A DNA stretch of 64,000 bases from assembly GCA_963717145.1 (NCBI GenBank), contig OY970325.1, forward strand, positions 2,656,001-2,720,000. Reading direction: 5' to 3'. Position numbers and translations under genes: made by a program. This stretch comes from an uncultured Armatimonadetes bacterium. GTDB taxonomy: Bacteria; Armatimonadota; UBA5829; DTJY01. A model generated the notes under the pieces. It had not been told where the DNA came from. It was given only the letters and a program-made list of their open reading frames with translations, and searched no databases. Position 1 is the stretch's first letter; every line of letters starts with the position of its first letter. Positions 29,899 through 40,408 of this stretch are shown in pieces.

Positions 29899-31466
29899 CT
29901 CGACGCCCCCAGCATCATCGAGCCGATGGTCTCCCTGTCGGCGTTGGCGCGGTCCACAATGCCGACGATTCGCCCCTGGAACATCACCATTACGCGGTCG
30001 GAGAGCGAGAGGACCTCGTCAAGATCGTACGATATGAGCAGTATGCCCATCCCCTGCGACCGAGCCTCCATCAGCCGGGAGTATACGTCCCCCGTAGCGC
30101 CGACATCGAGGCCACGGGTCGGCTGACAGGCGATCAGCAGTCTCGGATTGCCACTGAGCGCCCGGCCGAGCACCAGTTTCTGTTGGTTACCGCCGGAAAG
30201 GAATTCGGCCGGCATCTCCGGCCCTGAGGACTTAACATCGAAGCGCTCGATCAGATCGATCGAGTTGTCACGAGCGGCCGACAGGTCGAGCATCCCCCAG
30301 TTGGCGAACGGCCTCCGCCTGTGCGCGCCGAGGATCGCGTTCTCCTCGATCGAGTAGCCGTCCACGAGGGCGTCGCGCCTGGGATCCTCGGGGATGTATG
30401 CGATTCCGGCATCGAGCCGCCTGCGAACCGGGAGCCGCGCCAGGTCCTTGCCATCGAGCCGGATACCGCCCGTCGAGCGTCGCAGGCCGATCAGCGCCTC
30501 AGCCAGTTCCCGCTGTCCGTTGCCATCGACTCCGGCGACCCCGAGGATCTCCCCTGCCCTCACGTCGAAACTCACACCATCAATCGCGGGAAGTCCCTTG
30601 TCGCCCAGGACGGTGAGGTTCGACACACTCAGCATCCCGCGACCTCCCCCCCATCGTTGGGGATGGAGTTGGACTCCATCCCGGTCAGCCCGGGAGGGGA
30701 TGGAGTCCAACTCCATCCCCAACGATGGGGGGGAGGTTATCCGCTCTCCGATCATCAGGCGTGCGAGGTCATCGGCGGTCGTGCGGCTGGTCTCCATCGA
30801 GGCGATCTGTCTCCCCTGGCGAAGAACGGTCACGCGGTCGGAGTGCTCGATCACTTCGGCGAGTTTGTGAGTGATGACGATGACGCACATTCCGCTCTCC
30901 GCCATACCACGCAACATGGCGAAAAGGCTGTCGGATTCCTTAGGCGTCAGGACGCTCGTCGGTTCGTCGAGGATCAGGATGCGCACCTCGCGGTAGAGCG
31001 ACTTGAGGATCTCGGTCTTCTGCTGGGCGGAGACGGAGAGATCGGCGACCCTGACGCCGAGGTCGACTCCGAGCCCGAAGCGATCGCGGATGCGGGAGGC
31101 TCTCTCATTCGCCGCGCGGTAGTCGGTCCTGCCGAGCCTGGCCGGTTCCGCGCCGAGGATCATGTTTTCAAGGGCCGTAAATGCGGGCACGAGCATGAAC
31201 TGCTGGTGGACCATGCCGATGCCGTGGTCGATAGCGTCACGAGGCGATCGGATCTCGACCGACTGCCCGGAGAGGCGTATCTCACCCGAATCGGGGTGGT
31301 GCATACCGTAGAGGATGCTCATTAGGGTCGACTTGCCGGCGCCGTTCTCGCCAACGAGCGCGTGGACCTCCCCGAAGTCGATGGCGAAGTCGATGCCGTC
31401 GTTGGCGAGCACTCCGGGGAAGCTCTTCGTGATCCGGCGCATCTCTACGGCAGGCAGGGTTTCCAT
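29895..31466 (-). CDS. ABC transporter double-domain ATP-binding protein (CUT2/nucleoside type)
   Basis: GENGAGKSTL, LILDEPT, ITHKL, GVDGNGQ, LSGGNQQK, QPTRGLD. Confidence 0.93.
   Translation of the reverse strand: METLPAVEMRRITKSFPGVLANDGIDFAIDFGEVHALVGENGAGKSTLMSILYGMHHPDSGEIRLSGQSVEIRSPRDAIDHGIGMVHQQFMLVPAFTALENMILGAEPARLGRTDYRAANERASRIRDRFGLGVDLGVRVADLSVSAQQKTEILKSLYREVRILILDEPTSVLTPKESDSLFAMLRGMAESGMCVIVITHKLAEVIEHSDRVTVLRQGRQIASMETSRTTADDLARLMIGERITSPPSLGMELDSIPSRADRDGVQLHPQRWGGGRGMLSVSNLTVLGDKGLPAIDGVSFDVRAGEILGVAGVDGNGQRELAEALIGLRRSTGGIRLDGKDLARLPVRRRLDAGIAYIPEDPRRDALVDGYSIEENAILGAHRRRPFANWGMLDLSAARDNSIDLIERFDVKSSGPEMPAEFLSGGNQQKLVLGRALSGNPRLLIACQPTRGLDVGATGDVYSRLMEARSQGMGILLISYDLDEVLSLSDRVMVMFQGRIVGIVDRANADRETIGSMMLGASR
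30642..30737. repeat. Intragenic 96-bp palindromic element, in frame in the ABC ATPase linker
   Basis: Perfect 41-bp arms (30642-30682 / 30697-30737), each arm itself containing a hairpin. Confidence 0.88.
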
Positions 31467-31511
31467 ATCCTACTCATACTCTTACTCATACTCATACTCC
31501 TTCCGCGAGAG

Positions 31512-31718
31512 GGGGCGAAGCATTGGCAATCCATTCGGATGTGGTTCGGCATACGGTGGGCCAATGCTTCGCCCCTACAGATAGGTTGTTGACTGCCGGC
31601 CATCCGCCGCCTATACTGACAACTGGCATGTCCGCAGGGGGAACCTCCTGTGTGGGAGGCGACTCCAGTCGGCGATGGCATCCTCCGCATCGCCGACTGG
31701 AGTCGCCTCCCACACAGG
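31512..31718. repeat. Two further REP-like doublets flanking a promoter
   Basis: GGGGCGAAGCATTGG/CCAATGCTTCGCCCCTAC (31512-31578) and CCTGTGTGGGAGGCGACTCCAGTCGGCGAT with inverse (31647-31718). Confidence 0.8.
31589..31617 (+). promoter_or_regulatory. Putative sigma70 promoter for the tRNA nucleotidyltransferase
   Basis: TTGACT-N17-TATACT. Confidence 0.65.
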
Positions 31719-31739
31719 AAAGCATGAGCGAATGGTGAG

Positions 31740-33098
31740 ATGAATCCTGCGATCGAGAGAATCAGAGACGTGACGCGCGGCACGGAGTACGAGGGGCGGC
31801 TGCACCTCGTGGGCGGGATCGTGCGCGACAAGGTCATGGGCCGGCCACCGACCGAGGATGTGGACATCGTCCTGGAAGGCGACGCCCTCGAGTTCGCGCG
31901 CTTCCTCCACACCCAGGGCATCACCGAGCATCGCCCGGTCACCTATCCGCGCTTCGGCACGGCTATGGTCACGATCGGCGGCCAGACGATCGAGCTGGTC
32001 AGCGCGCGCCGGGAAAGCTACGTCCCGGAGAGCCGCAAGCCGGAGGTCGAGGCCGCGAGCCTCCTCGATGACATTATGCGCCGGGACTTTACGATCAATA
32101 CCCTGCTCGAAAACCTCCACACCGGCGAGGTACACGATCTCACCGGCCAGGGATACGCCGACATCGAAGCCGGCATCATTCGCACGCCGACCGAGCCGCA
32201 GACGACGTTCTACGACGATCCGCTTCGGATGCTGAGAGCCATCCGGTTCGCCGTGCGCTTCGGGTTCGAGATCGAGCCATCCACCCACGAGGCCATTCTG
32301 CGCGACGTTGAGCGGCTGAACATCATCAGCAAGGAACGCATTCGGGACGAGTTCGCCAAGATCATGCTGAGCGACGACGCCGACCGTGGGCTCCAAATGC
32401 TCTCCGATACGGGCCTCCTGAAGCAGTTCGCGCCCGAGTTGCTCGAGATGCAGGGCGTCGAGCAGAGGAGACTGCATGCATGGGATGTGTGGAATCACAC
32501 GCTCCACGCGCTGGACTCTCTGCCGAGGCAGGCCGATCTGGTGCTCAGGCTGGCAGTGCTCTTCCATGATACCGGCAAGCCCAGGACCAAGGTGATATCA
32601 GACGGTGAGATCCGTTTCTACGGGCACGACGAACTCGGGGCCAAGATCGCGCGGAGGGTCCTCCATCGGTTGCGGTTCCCCGTGAACGAGACCAACCGCG
32701 TCGTGAAACTGATCTCTTTGCATATGCGGATCGGCGAATACCGGGAGGAATGGAAAGATGGCGCCGTGAAGCGGTTGATGCGTGATGCGGGCGCGGACAT
32801 GCCGGACTTGCTGGCGCTCGCATACGCGGATCGGCTCGGATCGAGCCCCAACCCATCACTCCAAGGCCTGGATGACCTCCAGCGGCGGATCGAGAATATC
32901 CTGCTCAAGGTAAAGGTCGAGCAGCTCGAAAGCCCACTTGGCGGCAACGAGATCATGGATCTGCTCGATCTGCCACCCAGCCCGAAAGTCGCGGAAGTGA
33001 AGGATTTCCTCTGCGACGAGGTCATCGAGGGTCGCCTGGATCCCGCCGATAAGGAGTCGGCCGCCCGTCTAGTGACAGAGCGGTTCGGCAAGCAGTAA
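31740..33098 (+). CDS. cca: CCA-adding tRNA nucleotidyltransferase / poly(A) polymerase family, with HD region
   Basis: VGGIVRD..MG....DVD, RRDFTIN, DDPLRMLRAIRF, ERIRDE, H..DVWNHT, LFHDTGKP. Confidence 0.85.
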   Translation: MNPAIERIRDVTRGTEYEGRLHLVGGIVRDKVMGRPPTEDVDIVLEGDALEFARFLHTQGITEHRPVTYPRFGTAMVTIGGQTIELVSARRESYVPESRKPEVEAASLLDDIMRRDFTINTLLENLHTGEVHDLTGQGYADIEAGIIRTPTEPQTTFYDDPLRMLRAIRFAVRFGFEIEPSTHEAILRDVERLNIISKERIRDEFAKIMLSDDADRGLQMLSDTGLLKQFAPELLEMQGVEQRRLHAWDVWNHTLHALDSLPRQADLVLRLAVLFHDTGKPRTKVISDGEIRFYGHDELGAKIARRVLHRLRFPVNETNRVVKLISLHMRIGEYREEWKDGAVKRLMRDAGADMPDLLALAYADRLGSSPNPSLQGLDDLQRRIENILLKVKVEQLESPLGGNEIMDLLDLPPSPKVAEVKDFLCDEVIEGRLDPADKESAARLVTERFGKQ

Positions 33099-33193
33099 CG
33101 GGAGGGCGAGGCTCCGTCCGAGCCGCATGCTTCGGAGGCAGAACGAAGTAGCGCTACCGAAGCATACGGCTCGGACGGAGCCTCGCCCTCCCG
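33099..33193. repeat. REP-like doublet
   Basis: CGGGAGGGCGAGGCTCCGTCCGAGCCG ... CGGCTCGGACGGAGCCTCGCCCTCCCG. Confidence 0.8.
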
Positions 33194-33407
33194 CCCCCAC
33201 TCGCTTTCGAAAGAAATGCTTTCTTATTTTGCCCTCGCTTGGTTTCAATACCGGCTGGGAATGGGTACAAGCTCAACTGGAGATTCGGTATTCCCTGCCA
33301 AGACTACCGAGTACTTGCGGCTCGTCATTCCCACAACATATATCACAGCCGGTTCTACAATCAATCGGGTATAACAAGACTAGGCTGTGACCGGCACGGG
33401 GGCAACC

Positions 33408-36400
33408 ATGAAACGAATAGTAACCTCAACAACACTTCTACTACTGCTCAGCTTCTGCGTTGGATCCGCGTTCGCGTCACCGATCGTCCTGCGCACGGGG
33501 TCGTTCGAGCCCCCCGCCAAGTCGAGTCTCAAGCTCGAGTCGCGAAGGGCAAAGGCCGGACACTACATCCTCCAGTTCGCGGGACCGGTCGAAGACTCCT
33601 GGAAGCAGGAAGTCGAGAAGCTGGGCGTCAAACTTGGCGATTACATCCCCGAGTATGCTTTCGTAGCCAAGATGACCTCCGACCAAGCTTCCCGTGTCGC
33701 CGGCCTGCAGTCGGTCCGATGGGTCGAGCGAGTCCGGCCGTCATACCGCAAGGATTCCAGACTCAGCACACTGGGTGTCGCAGATCTCCAAGTGGCGATC
33801 AAGCTGTTCCCCGGCGAGTCGCCGTCGGAGGTGGAGGCGCTCGTGAAGAACGCGGGCGGTACGATGCTTTCCCCCGTGCAGGCATCGGACCGCTATCTGA
33901 CCGCCTCCCTGCCTTCGAGCGCGCTGGACAGCCTGGCTAACCTGGAATCCGTCGAGTGGGTCGAAGAATGGGTGCAGCCGAGGCCAGCGAACAATGTCGC
34001 ACAGGGCATTATCGGCGTCCACGACGTCCGGGAGCGGATCGCACTCTATGGCGAGGGGCAGATCATGGCCTTCGCGGATTCCGGTCTCGACACCGGCAAC
34101 CTCGCCACACTCAGCGACGATTTCGCAGGACGGATACTCGCCTATTACGCGCTCCGCAGGCAGGATGATTGGAGCGACCTGACAAGCCACGGCACCCACG
34201 CGATCGGGGTCGCGGTCAACTCAGGCGTCCTCTCCGGGAGCAATCCGGCCGAGCATTCGTATGACAGCTCGTTCGCAGGAGTCGCCCCCGAGGCGCAGAT
34301 AGTGATCCAGTCGATCGGCGACGGCAGCGGATACGTATACCCGCCCCTGGCTCTTTCCGCGCTGTTCCAGCCGACATACGATCTCGGGGCAAGGGTACAC
34401 AGTGACAGTTGGGGCTCGCCGGTCCACGGTAAGTACACATTTTACTCTCAGCAGGTGGATGATTTCGTCAACAGCCATCGGGACTTCGTCACCATCTTCC
34501 CCATGGGCAACGACGGTAGAGACGGCAACAGCGACGGCGTCACGGACTTGGGACAGGCATATGCTCCGGCGACGGCGAAGAACTGCATCTCCGTCGGCGC
34601 GACCGAGAACGTCCGCTCCGACGGATGGAACACCAAATACGGCGATGCGTGGTCAAGCGACTTCCCCGTGCCGCCTCTGCGCAACGATTACATTTCGGAC
34701 AACGCTCAAGGGATGTCTTCATGGAGCAGCCGCGGCCCGTGCGAGGATGGGCGGATCAAGCCGGACATCTGCGCCCCGGCACCAACATCGTCTCCACCCG
34801 CTCCCATGCCGTACCCGGGATAACCGGATGGAAGGTGTATGACGACGACTACATCTTCTGGGGCGGCACCAGCATGTCGACTCCAATGATCGCCGGGACC
34901 GCCGCCCTGGTGAGGGAGTACTACCTGAAAAAGCAGGGCATCGCCCCCAGCGCGGCACTCGTCAAGGCCACGATGCTCAACAGCGCAACCGACCTTTCGC
35001 CCGGACAGCACACTTCTCCCATGGAAGTCGCACCCCGCCCGAACAGCGTCCAGGGCTGGGGCAGGGTGAACCTCGCCTCGACGCTCGACCCGCCGGCCCC
35101 CAAGGTTCTGGCGTTCGTCGATGAGGGCGCGGGCCTCTCAACCAACCAGAGCAGGGTCTTCGAATACAGGGTCTTGGGGAATTCCGTGCCCCTGGCGGTG
35201 ACTCTCGTGTGGACCGATCCTCCGGCATCTTCGCTATCAGGCAAGCAGTTGGTGAACGATCTCGATCTCCGGGTGACGGCCGCCGGGCGGCGGGATTTCC
35301 CTCGGCAACGGACATATCGACATCACGAACAACGTCGAGAGCGTCGATATCGCGACACCGGCGATCGGGACTTACCAGATAACCGTGCTCGGCCGGAACA
35401 TACCATCCGGCCCGCAGACCTTCGCGCTGGTTGTCTCTGGAGAACTGCCCGGCGGATACATCGCAGGCACGGTCAGAACCGCGTCCGGCAACCCGGTCTC
35501 AGGCGTGTTGATGACTCTGGCGGACGGAGGCGTCGTCAGCACGACACTGACCGGCCAGAACGGCGACTACACGGTCCACCTGCCCTCTGACAGCTACATC
35601 GTCATACCGTCGAAGGACGGATGGACATTCGACCCGGGGAACATCGTTGTGCCTGTCGGAGAGGAAGGGGTGTCCGGCATCGACTTCACGGGCTCGGCGG
35701 CGGTCGGGCGCATCACCGGGACGGTCACCAGTGCAATCGGCGGCCGGGCGAACTACTCGCTCGACACCGACCATCCATATCCCGACAATGCCGATATGAC
35801 TTACGTCATAACCGCTCATGTGGGCACCGCCAGGATCCGCGTCCACTTCGACGAGATCGACCTGCAGGACGGATATGACGTCGTATTCGTCGAGGATGCC
35901 GAAGGAACCGTTGTGGACGAGTATAGCGGTGAGATTTCCGATCAATGGACTTCGTGGGTGACCGGCAATGTGGCAAGGATACATCTAGTTTCGGATGACA
36001 GCACCACGTTCTACGGATTCCACATCGACGGCTATGAAACCGACGTCGTCCAGCAGGGCCCGCTCTCGGGCGTTACGGTAACATTGGAACCGGGAGGAGC
36101 AACGGCGGTCAGTCAACCGGACGGCACATTCGCGATCGAGAACCTGGAGCCGATCTCCTACACGTTGACTCCGTCTCTCAGCCACTGGAAGTTCCTGCCG
36201 GATCGGAGGTCGGTGGCGGTCCCCCCAGGCGGCACTGCGAGCGGTCAGAATTTCCTCGGGTTCCCGCCGGGGACCATAGCAGGCACGGTATCCGCGGGCA
36301 CGACCAGCGAGTACGCAGAGATCGTCGAATCGGAGCATCCGTACCCCGATAGCACGCTGGTGGAGTATCCCGTGAGCGGGCCACCGGGTTGCAGCCGAAT

Positions 36401-37424
36401 CCGCGTGCACTTTACGCAGATAGACATGGAGCCGGGGTTCGACTTCATCGATATACTGGACGCCGGAGACAATGTTGTCGACACATACACCGGCTCATAT
36501 ACCGACCAGTGGACTCCCTGGGTGGCAGGTGACACCCTCAAGATTCGCCTTCAGTCAGATGAAGGCAGCAGCATGTACGGCTTCCGGATGGATAAGTACG
36601 CGGCGGTTGCCGGTGAGCATGGGATCGCGGGCGCCACGGTCAGCACTGAAACCGGCGGCTTCAGCGCCGTAACCAATTCCTCCGGCGTGTTCATCATCAC
36701 AGATGTGGATGCCGGACCGTACTTCGTGTCGCCCTCCATGCCCTACTGGACCTTCGAGCCCGTCTCGAGGCAGGTAAACGTGGTGTCCGGGGTGATCACC
36801 ACCGATGTCGGCTTCTATGGCAGCTTGTCGAGCATGCCCGGGCTGGTCTACATCAAGTCACTGGCAGACGGGACGGACGTCTGCATATCGGGCAAAGTGG
36901 TCACTGCCGGAACCGATGATTTCCCGGGATGCTTCTATGTGGAGGAGAGCGACAGGACCTCCGGAATCAAGGTGACAACCTCCAAGACCGTGCACGCCGG
37001 TGACGTGGTAACAATATCAGGCATCATACATACGGCCGACGGGGAGCGCTACATCGCCTCCTCGGGTGTCACGGTCTCGCCTACCTCGGGGGTCATCCCG
37101 GACCCACTCGGCCTCCATGGCAGGGCACTCGGCGGAGGTCGTTGGAACACTCACACTCCGGGTGTCACGTATGGGGTCGGATTGAACAACGTCGGCCTGC
37201 TGGTACGGACCTGGGGACGGGTGCTGAACGTCGACGCGGGCCAGTTCTACCTCGATGACGGCTCGGTCGGCGGGATCAAGGTCAACTGCGGTTCGATCGA
37301 TCCTGCGATGGAGGAGTCGTGGGTGCAACTGACGGCGATCAGTACCTGCGAGCTGGTAGGCTCGGACATCGTCCGTGTGCTGAGAGCACGCAAGGCCACA
37401 GACATCATCACGATCCTCCCGTAG
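33408..37424 (+). CDS. Secreted S8 subtilase (Kp43-like) with CUB-like and carboxypeptidase-regulatory-like domains and shared C-terminal module; frameshifts near 34775 and 35278
   Basis: Signal peptide; triad FADSG, HGTH, GGTSMS; LVWTDPP...LVNDLDL; two HPYPD...IRVHF..ID...G.D domains. Confidence 0.85.
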
Positions 37425-37452
37425 GGCCTGTTCCACGACCGCAGCGTACCTC

Positions 37453-37734
37453 TTTGTGGGAGGAGTCTCCGGACGGACAGATCGCTGTCCGGAGACTCCT
37501 CCCGCAAATGCATACCGATCCCGGAAGACCCCCACCGTCAGTACTGAGTTCGCCGGTGAATGACTGCGCTCGCGGCGCAGTAACTTGCTCCTTCGAAAAC
37601 AGCCGCCCATCGGCTGTTTTCATGTATAGTGGTGTTCCGAAGGGACATGCCGGATTCCTAAGAAACCACCGATCTCAGACGACTCCGTCGTCCTCCGCAG
37701 CCACCGACGACGGAGTCGTCTGAGATCGGTGGTT
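37453..37734. repeat. Two palindromic elements between convergent genes
   Basis: TTTGTGGGAGGAGTCTCCGGAC with near-inverse (37453-37508) and 29-bp arms AACCACCGATCTCAGACGACTCCGTCGTC with inverse (37664-37734). Confidence 0.8.
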
Positions 37735-37980
37735 CTCTTCTGAAATAACCGCGTCCTCGCGGTACGCCGCTCAGAATGACATCCGTGTGGCTTTGCTATC
37801 AACGATCAAAGGCGTTTGTCCACCAAGAATGTGCCGGGAGGTCACACGTGCGCGCGTGGGCAAGAGAATGCGCTGATGGCAGTGGTGGCGAGGGTGCGGG
37901 GTGAAACAGGACACATGGGGATGGCAGGGCGGCCACCACAATCGACGCTGGGGGGCGTAGCAGGCCGCTGAAGGCCCGCC

Positions 37981-39219
37981 CTACACTCTTTGCCTGTATC
38001 GCCTCAGGGCCAGTCCGCATGTGACACAGAGCGTCCCCAGTTGCAGAATCGATGACGGCTCGGGAACCGTGCCCACCGCGTACACATAGGAACCGTATGT
38101 CCCCACGTACACCGTACCGTCGGCGCCGATCGCCGGAGAGGAGTGTATTTTCGATCCGAGGTTCCGGCTCCAGTTCGTCGTGCCGCTCTGGCTCACCGAA
38201 TAGAGGTAGCCGCTGTGAGTCCCGAAATAGACCGAATTGTTGATGTCGACCAACGGCGAGGATGAGATGGGCGAATTCACCGTGAGCGCCCACTTGCGAG
38301 TCCCGTCCGGGCGGACTGCGTGAAGTGCACCGTCATAGGACCCAAAGTAGATCGTGCCGTCGTAACCGATGGCAACGGAGGAGCTGACGTTCGGCGGAGC
38401 GGAATATGCCCATCGCCTGGTCCCGTTCGGGTTGACGGCATACAGCCACCCGGTCGACGATGCTATGTACACAGTGCCGTCGTCGCCGATCGCCGGCGTC
38501 GCCGCCATCTGACCTTCTCCCCTGAAGACCCATGCCAGCGAACCATTGGGGTTCAGCGAGTACAGACCTCCGTCGCTGGATCCTATGTAGATCCTTCCGT
38601 CGCTGCCGATCGCAGGGGATGAGAAGCTGTGCTCTCCCATTGCATACCACCAGTTGACGGATCCGGTCGCGGAGTTCACGGAGTACACTCTACCTGCTTC
38701 GTCGGCAAAGTAGAGAGCGCCGGCGGCATCCAGGATGGGAGACGAATAGACGGCGGAAGTCTGAGTGCCCGGTATCTGACCTATCTTGAGGTCCCATTTC
38801 TTTGTTCCATTCGGGTTCAGGGCATACATATGGGCATCGGACGAGCCGAAGTAGATGGTACCATCGCTTCCAACGGCGGGCGAAGATGAGATGGAACCAT
38901 AGGTGCGATAGGACCACAAGGTCGCGCCTGTATGGCTGATTGCATAGAGATTCTTATCGAACGAACCAACGTAGACAGTGCCGTCTCCCGTAATGGCGGG
39001 CGAAGACGTGATGTAGCTGCCGGTCTGCACTCTCCAGGCAACAGAGTCCTGGTCTGTGCCTGCATAGATCGAGCGACCGGTTCTACCAGGGTCTACGCGA
39101 AACGACGGTTGTCCGCTCCCGGATTGTGCGCTGACAGGTGACATGCACCAGACTGTCAGCGTCAGCAATACGAGCGCTGCTGCCAGTGATGTTCGGTGGT
39201 CCACTAAGTACCTTTTCAT
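37981..39219 (-). CDS. PQQ-like (BamB-type) beta-propeller protein with PEP-CTERM sorting signal
   Basis: Signal peptide; eight SSPAIG.DGT.Y.GS.D..LYA repeats; VPEPSS-TM-RRYRQR. Confidence 0.9.
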   Translation of the reverse strand: MKRYLVDHRTSLAAALVLLTLTVWCMSPVSAQSGSGQPSFRVDPGRTGRSIYAGTDQDSVAWRVQTGSYITSSPAITGDGTVYVGSFDKNLYAISHTGATLWSYRTYGSISSSPAVGSDGTIYFGSSDAHMYALNPNGTKKWDLKIGQIPGTQTSAVYSSPILDAAGALYFADEAGRVYSVNSATGSVNWWYAMGEHSFSSPAIGSDGRIYIGSSDGGLYSLNPNGSLAWVFRGEGQMAATPAIGDDGTVYIASSTGWLYAVNPNGTRRWAYSAPPNVSSSVAIGYDGTIYFGSYDGALHAVRPDGTRKWALTVNSPISSSPLVDINNSVYFGTHSGYLYSVSQSGTTNWSRNLGSKIHSSPAIGADGTVYVGTYGSYVYAVGTVPEPSSILQLGTLCVTCGLALRRYRQRV

Positions 39220-39272
39220 GGCCGGACCCCCTCCCTTTGAACTAAACCTCGATGACTCTCAACGGTCATAAA

Positions 39273-39288
39273 TGCAAGAATCGTGCCA
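39273..39288 (-). promoter_or_regulatory. Sigma54 -24/-12 promoter
   Basis: Minus strand TGGCACGATTCTTGCA, about 55 bp upstream of the PEP-CTERM gene. Confidence 0.85.
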
Positions 39289-40408
39289 AAAGGCAAGAAA
39301 CCGCCAATATACCGATCGGTTTTTCATTCATTTGAACAGCTTATGTTTGGTATGTGATGGCTTTGGGTAGAATACGGCCAGTGCAAGATGTACATTCATG
39401 CAATGGACTGGCTGCATGGAGAGCAAGCATTGAGCATTTTGGGTTCAGCCGTAGTAGACCATACGCTTGTTGATTTAGGTTTGGACTGCACGATTCGTGG
39501 GTAAGATACAACGTCTGTAAGCTGTCCCTGTGACAAGCTTGACGCATGCTTGATAAGCAAGCGTCAAAGTAGCAGGCGCATTGTCGCTGAGACCTGTACC
39601 GCCAGGCTCTGACGAGTCACAGGCAGCCAGTGGGAGCAAGCGCTGCCTGTAATAATGATGGCAGACACTGCTCCCGAGCGCCCGTAGGTTCTGCGGTGAA
39701 AAGTTTGAACAAAGTAAGTTTAAGCCAAGAGGCTAAGTGGGTAAAATCGAGGGGCTGATTGGCGTAGAAGTCGGAGACTTTCCGACGTCAGTACGACAAG
39801 ACTCTAACCAGCAGCGAAAACGCTTGATCGCATACATGTCCGAACTCCCATCGCTTGCAGAATCGGGCTCAAACATGCTCTGTAGCATGCAAGCCGCAAG
39901 TTGTGGCTCGATCGGGCGGTAACTCGTACAGTATAAATCCAATAGACCTTGAAGAGAGAAGAGGAAGGCTGAGAGATGGGAAGATCCCTCAGCCCGCGGC
40001 CTTCAGATTACTCCATGTGCTAGAGCGGTGTTGGCCTTGTTGCTATTATGGGGGCGGGACGCACGCAAGTCAATAGCTTATCGTGCCCTCGCCTGGTAGC
40101 TAAACAAACGGCCAACCCTTTAATAAGTTTCATCGGCGGCCCGGGCATCGTTGCTAGCCCGTCAGTCGACTCGATGACATACCGAAGGGGGTGGTGTGTA
40201 TTACGTAAGCTAGACGATTGGCGATTGTTTCCGAACTCGGTGTTTTTTCGGGCCATGCAAGGAGGCAAAGTATTGGTTCAAACCCCGGGATCGAAGGACG
40301 ACATTACTGGGTGCTGTCATGTCGGCCGGAAGTAGTCGCAAAGCAACGACCCAAGCACCGTTTGATTAGCAATTGAATGCAACCATCTAAAGGAGGAAAC
40401 ACGCTACC

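Noticed and set aside
39341-40335. Short ORFs in the long intergenic region
   Set aside because: No RBS, no recognisable motifs and atypical composition.
40240-40360. c-di-GMP riboswitch upstream of the paralog array
   Set aside because: GGCAAA and CGCAAAGC fragments are present, but I could not build the GEMM P1/P2 structure with correct spacing.
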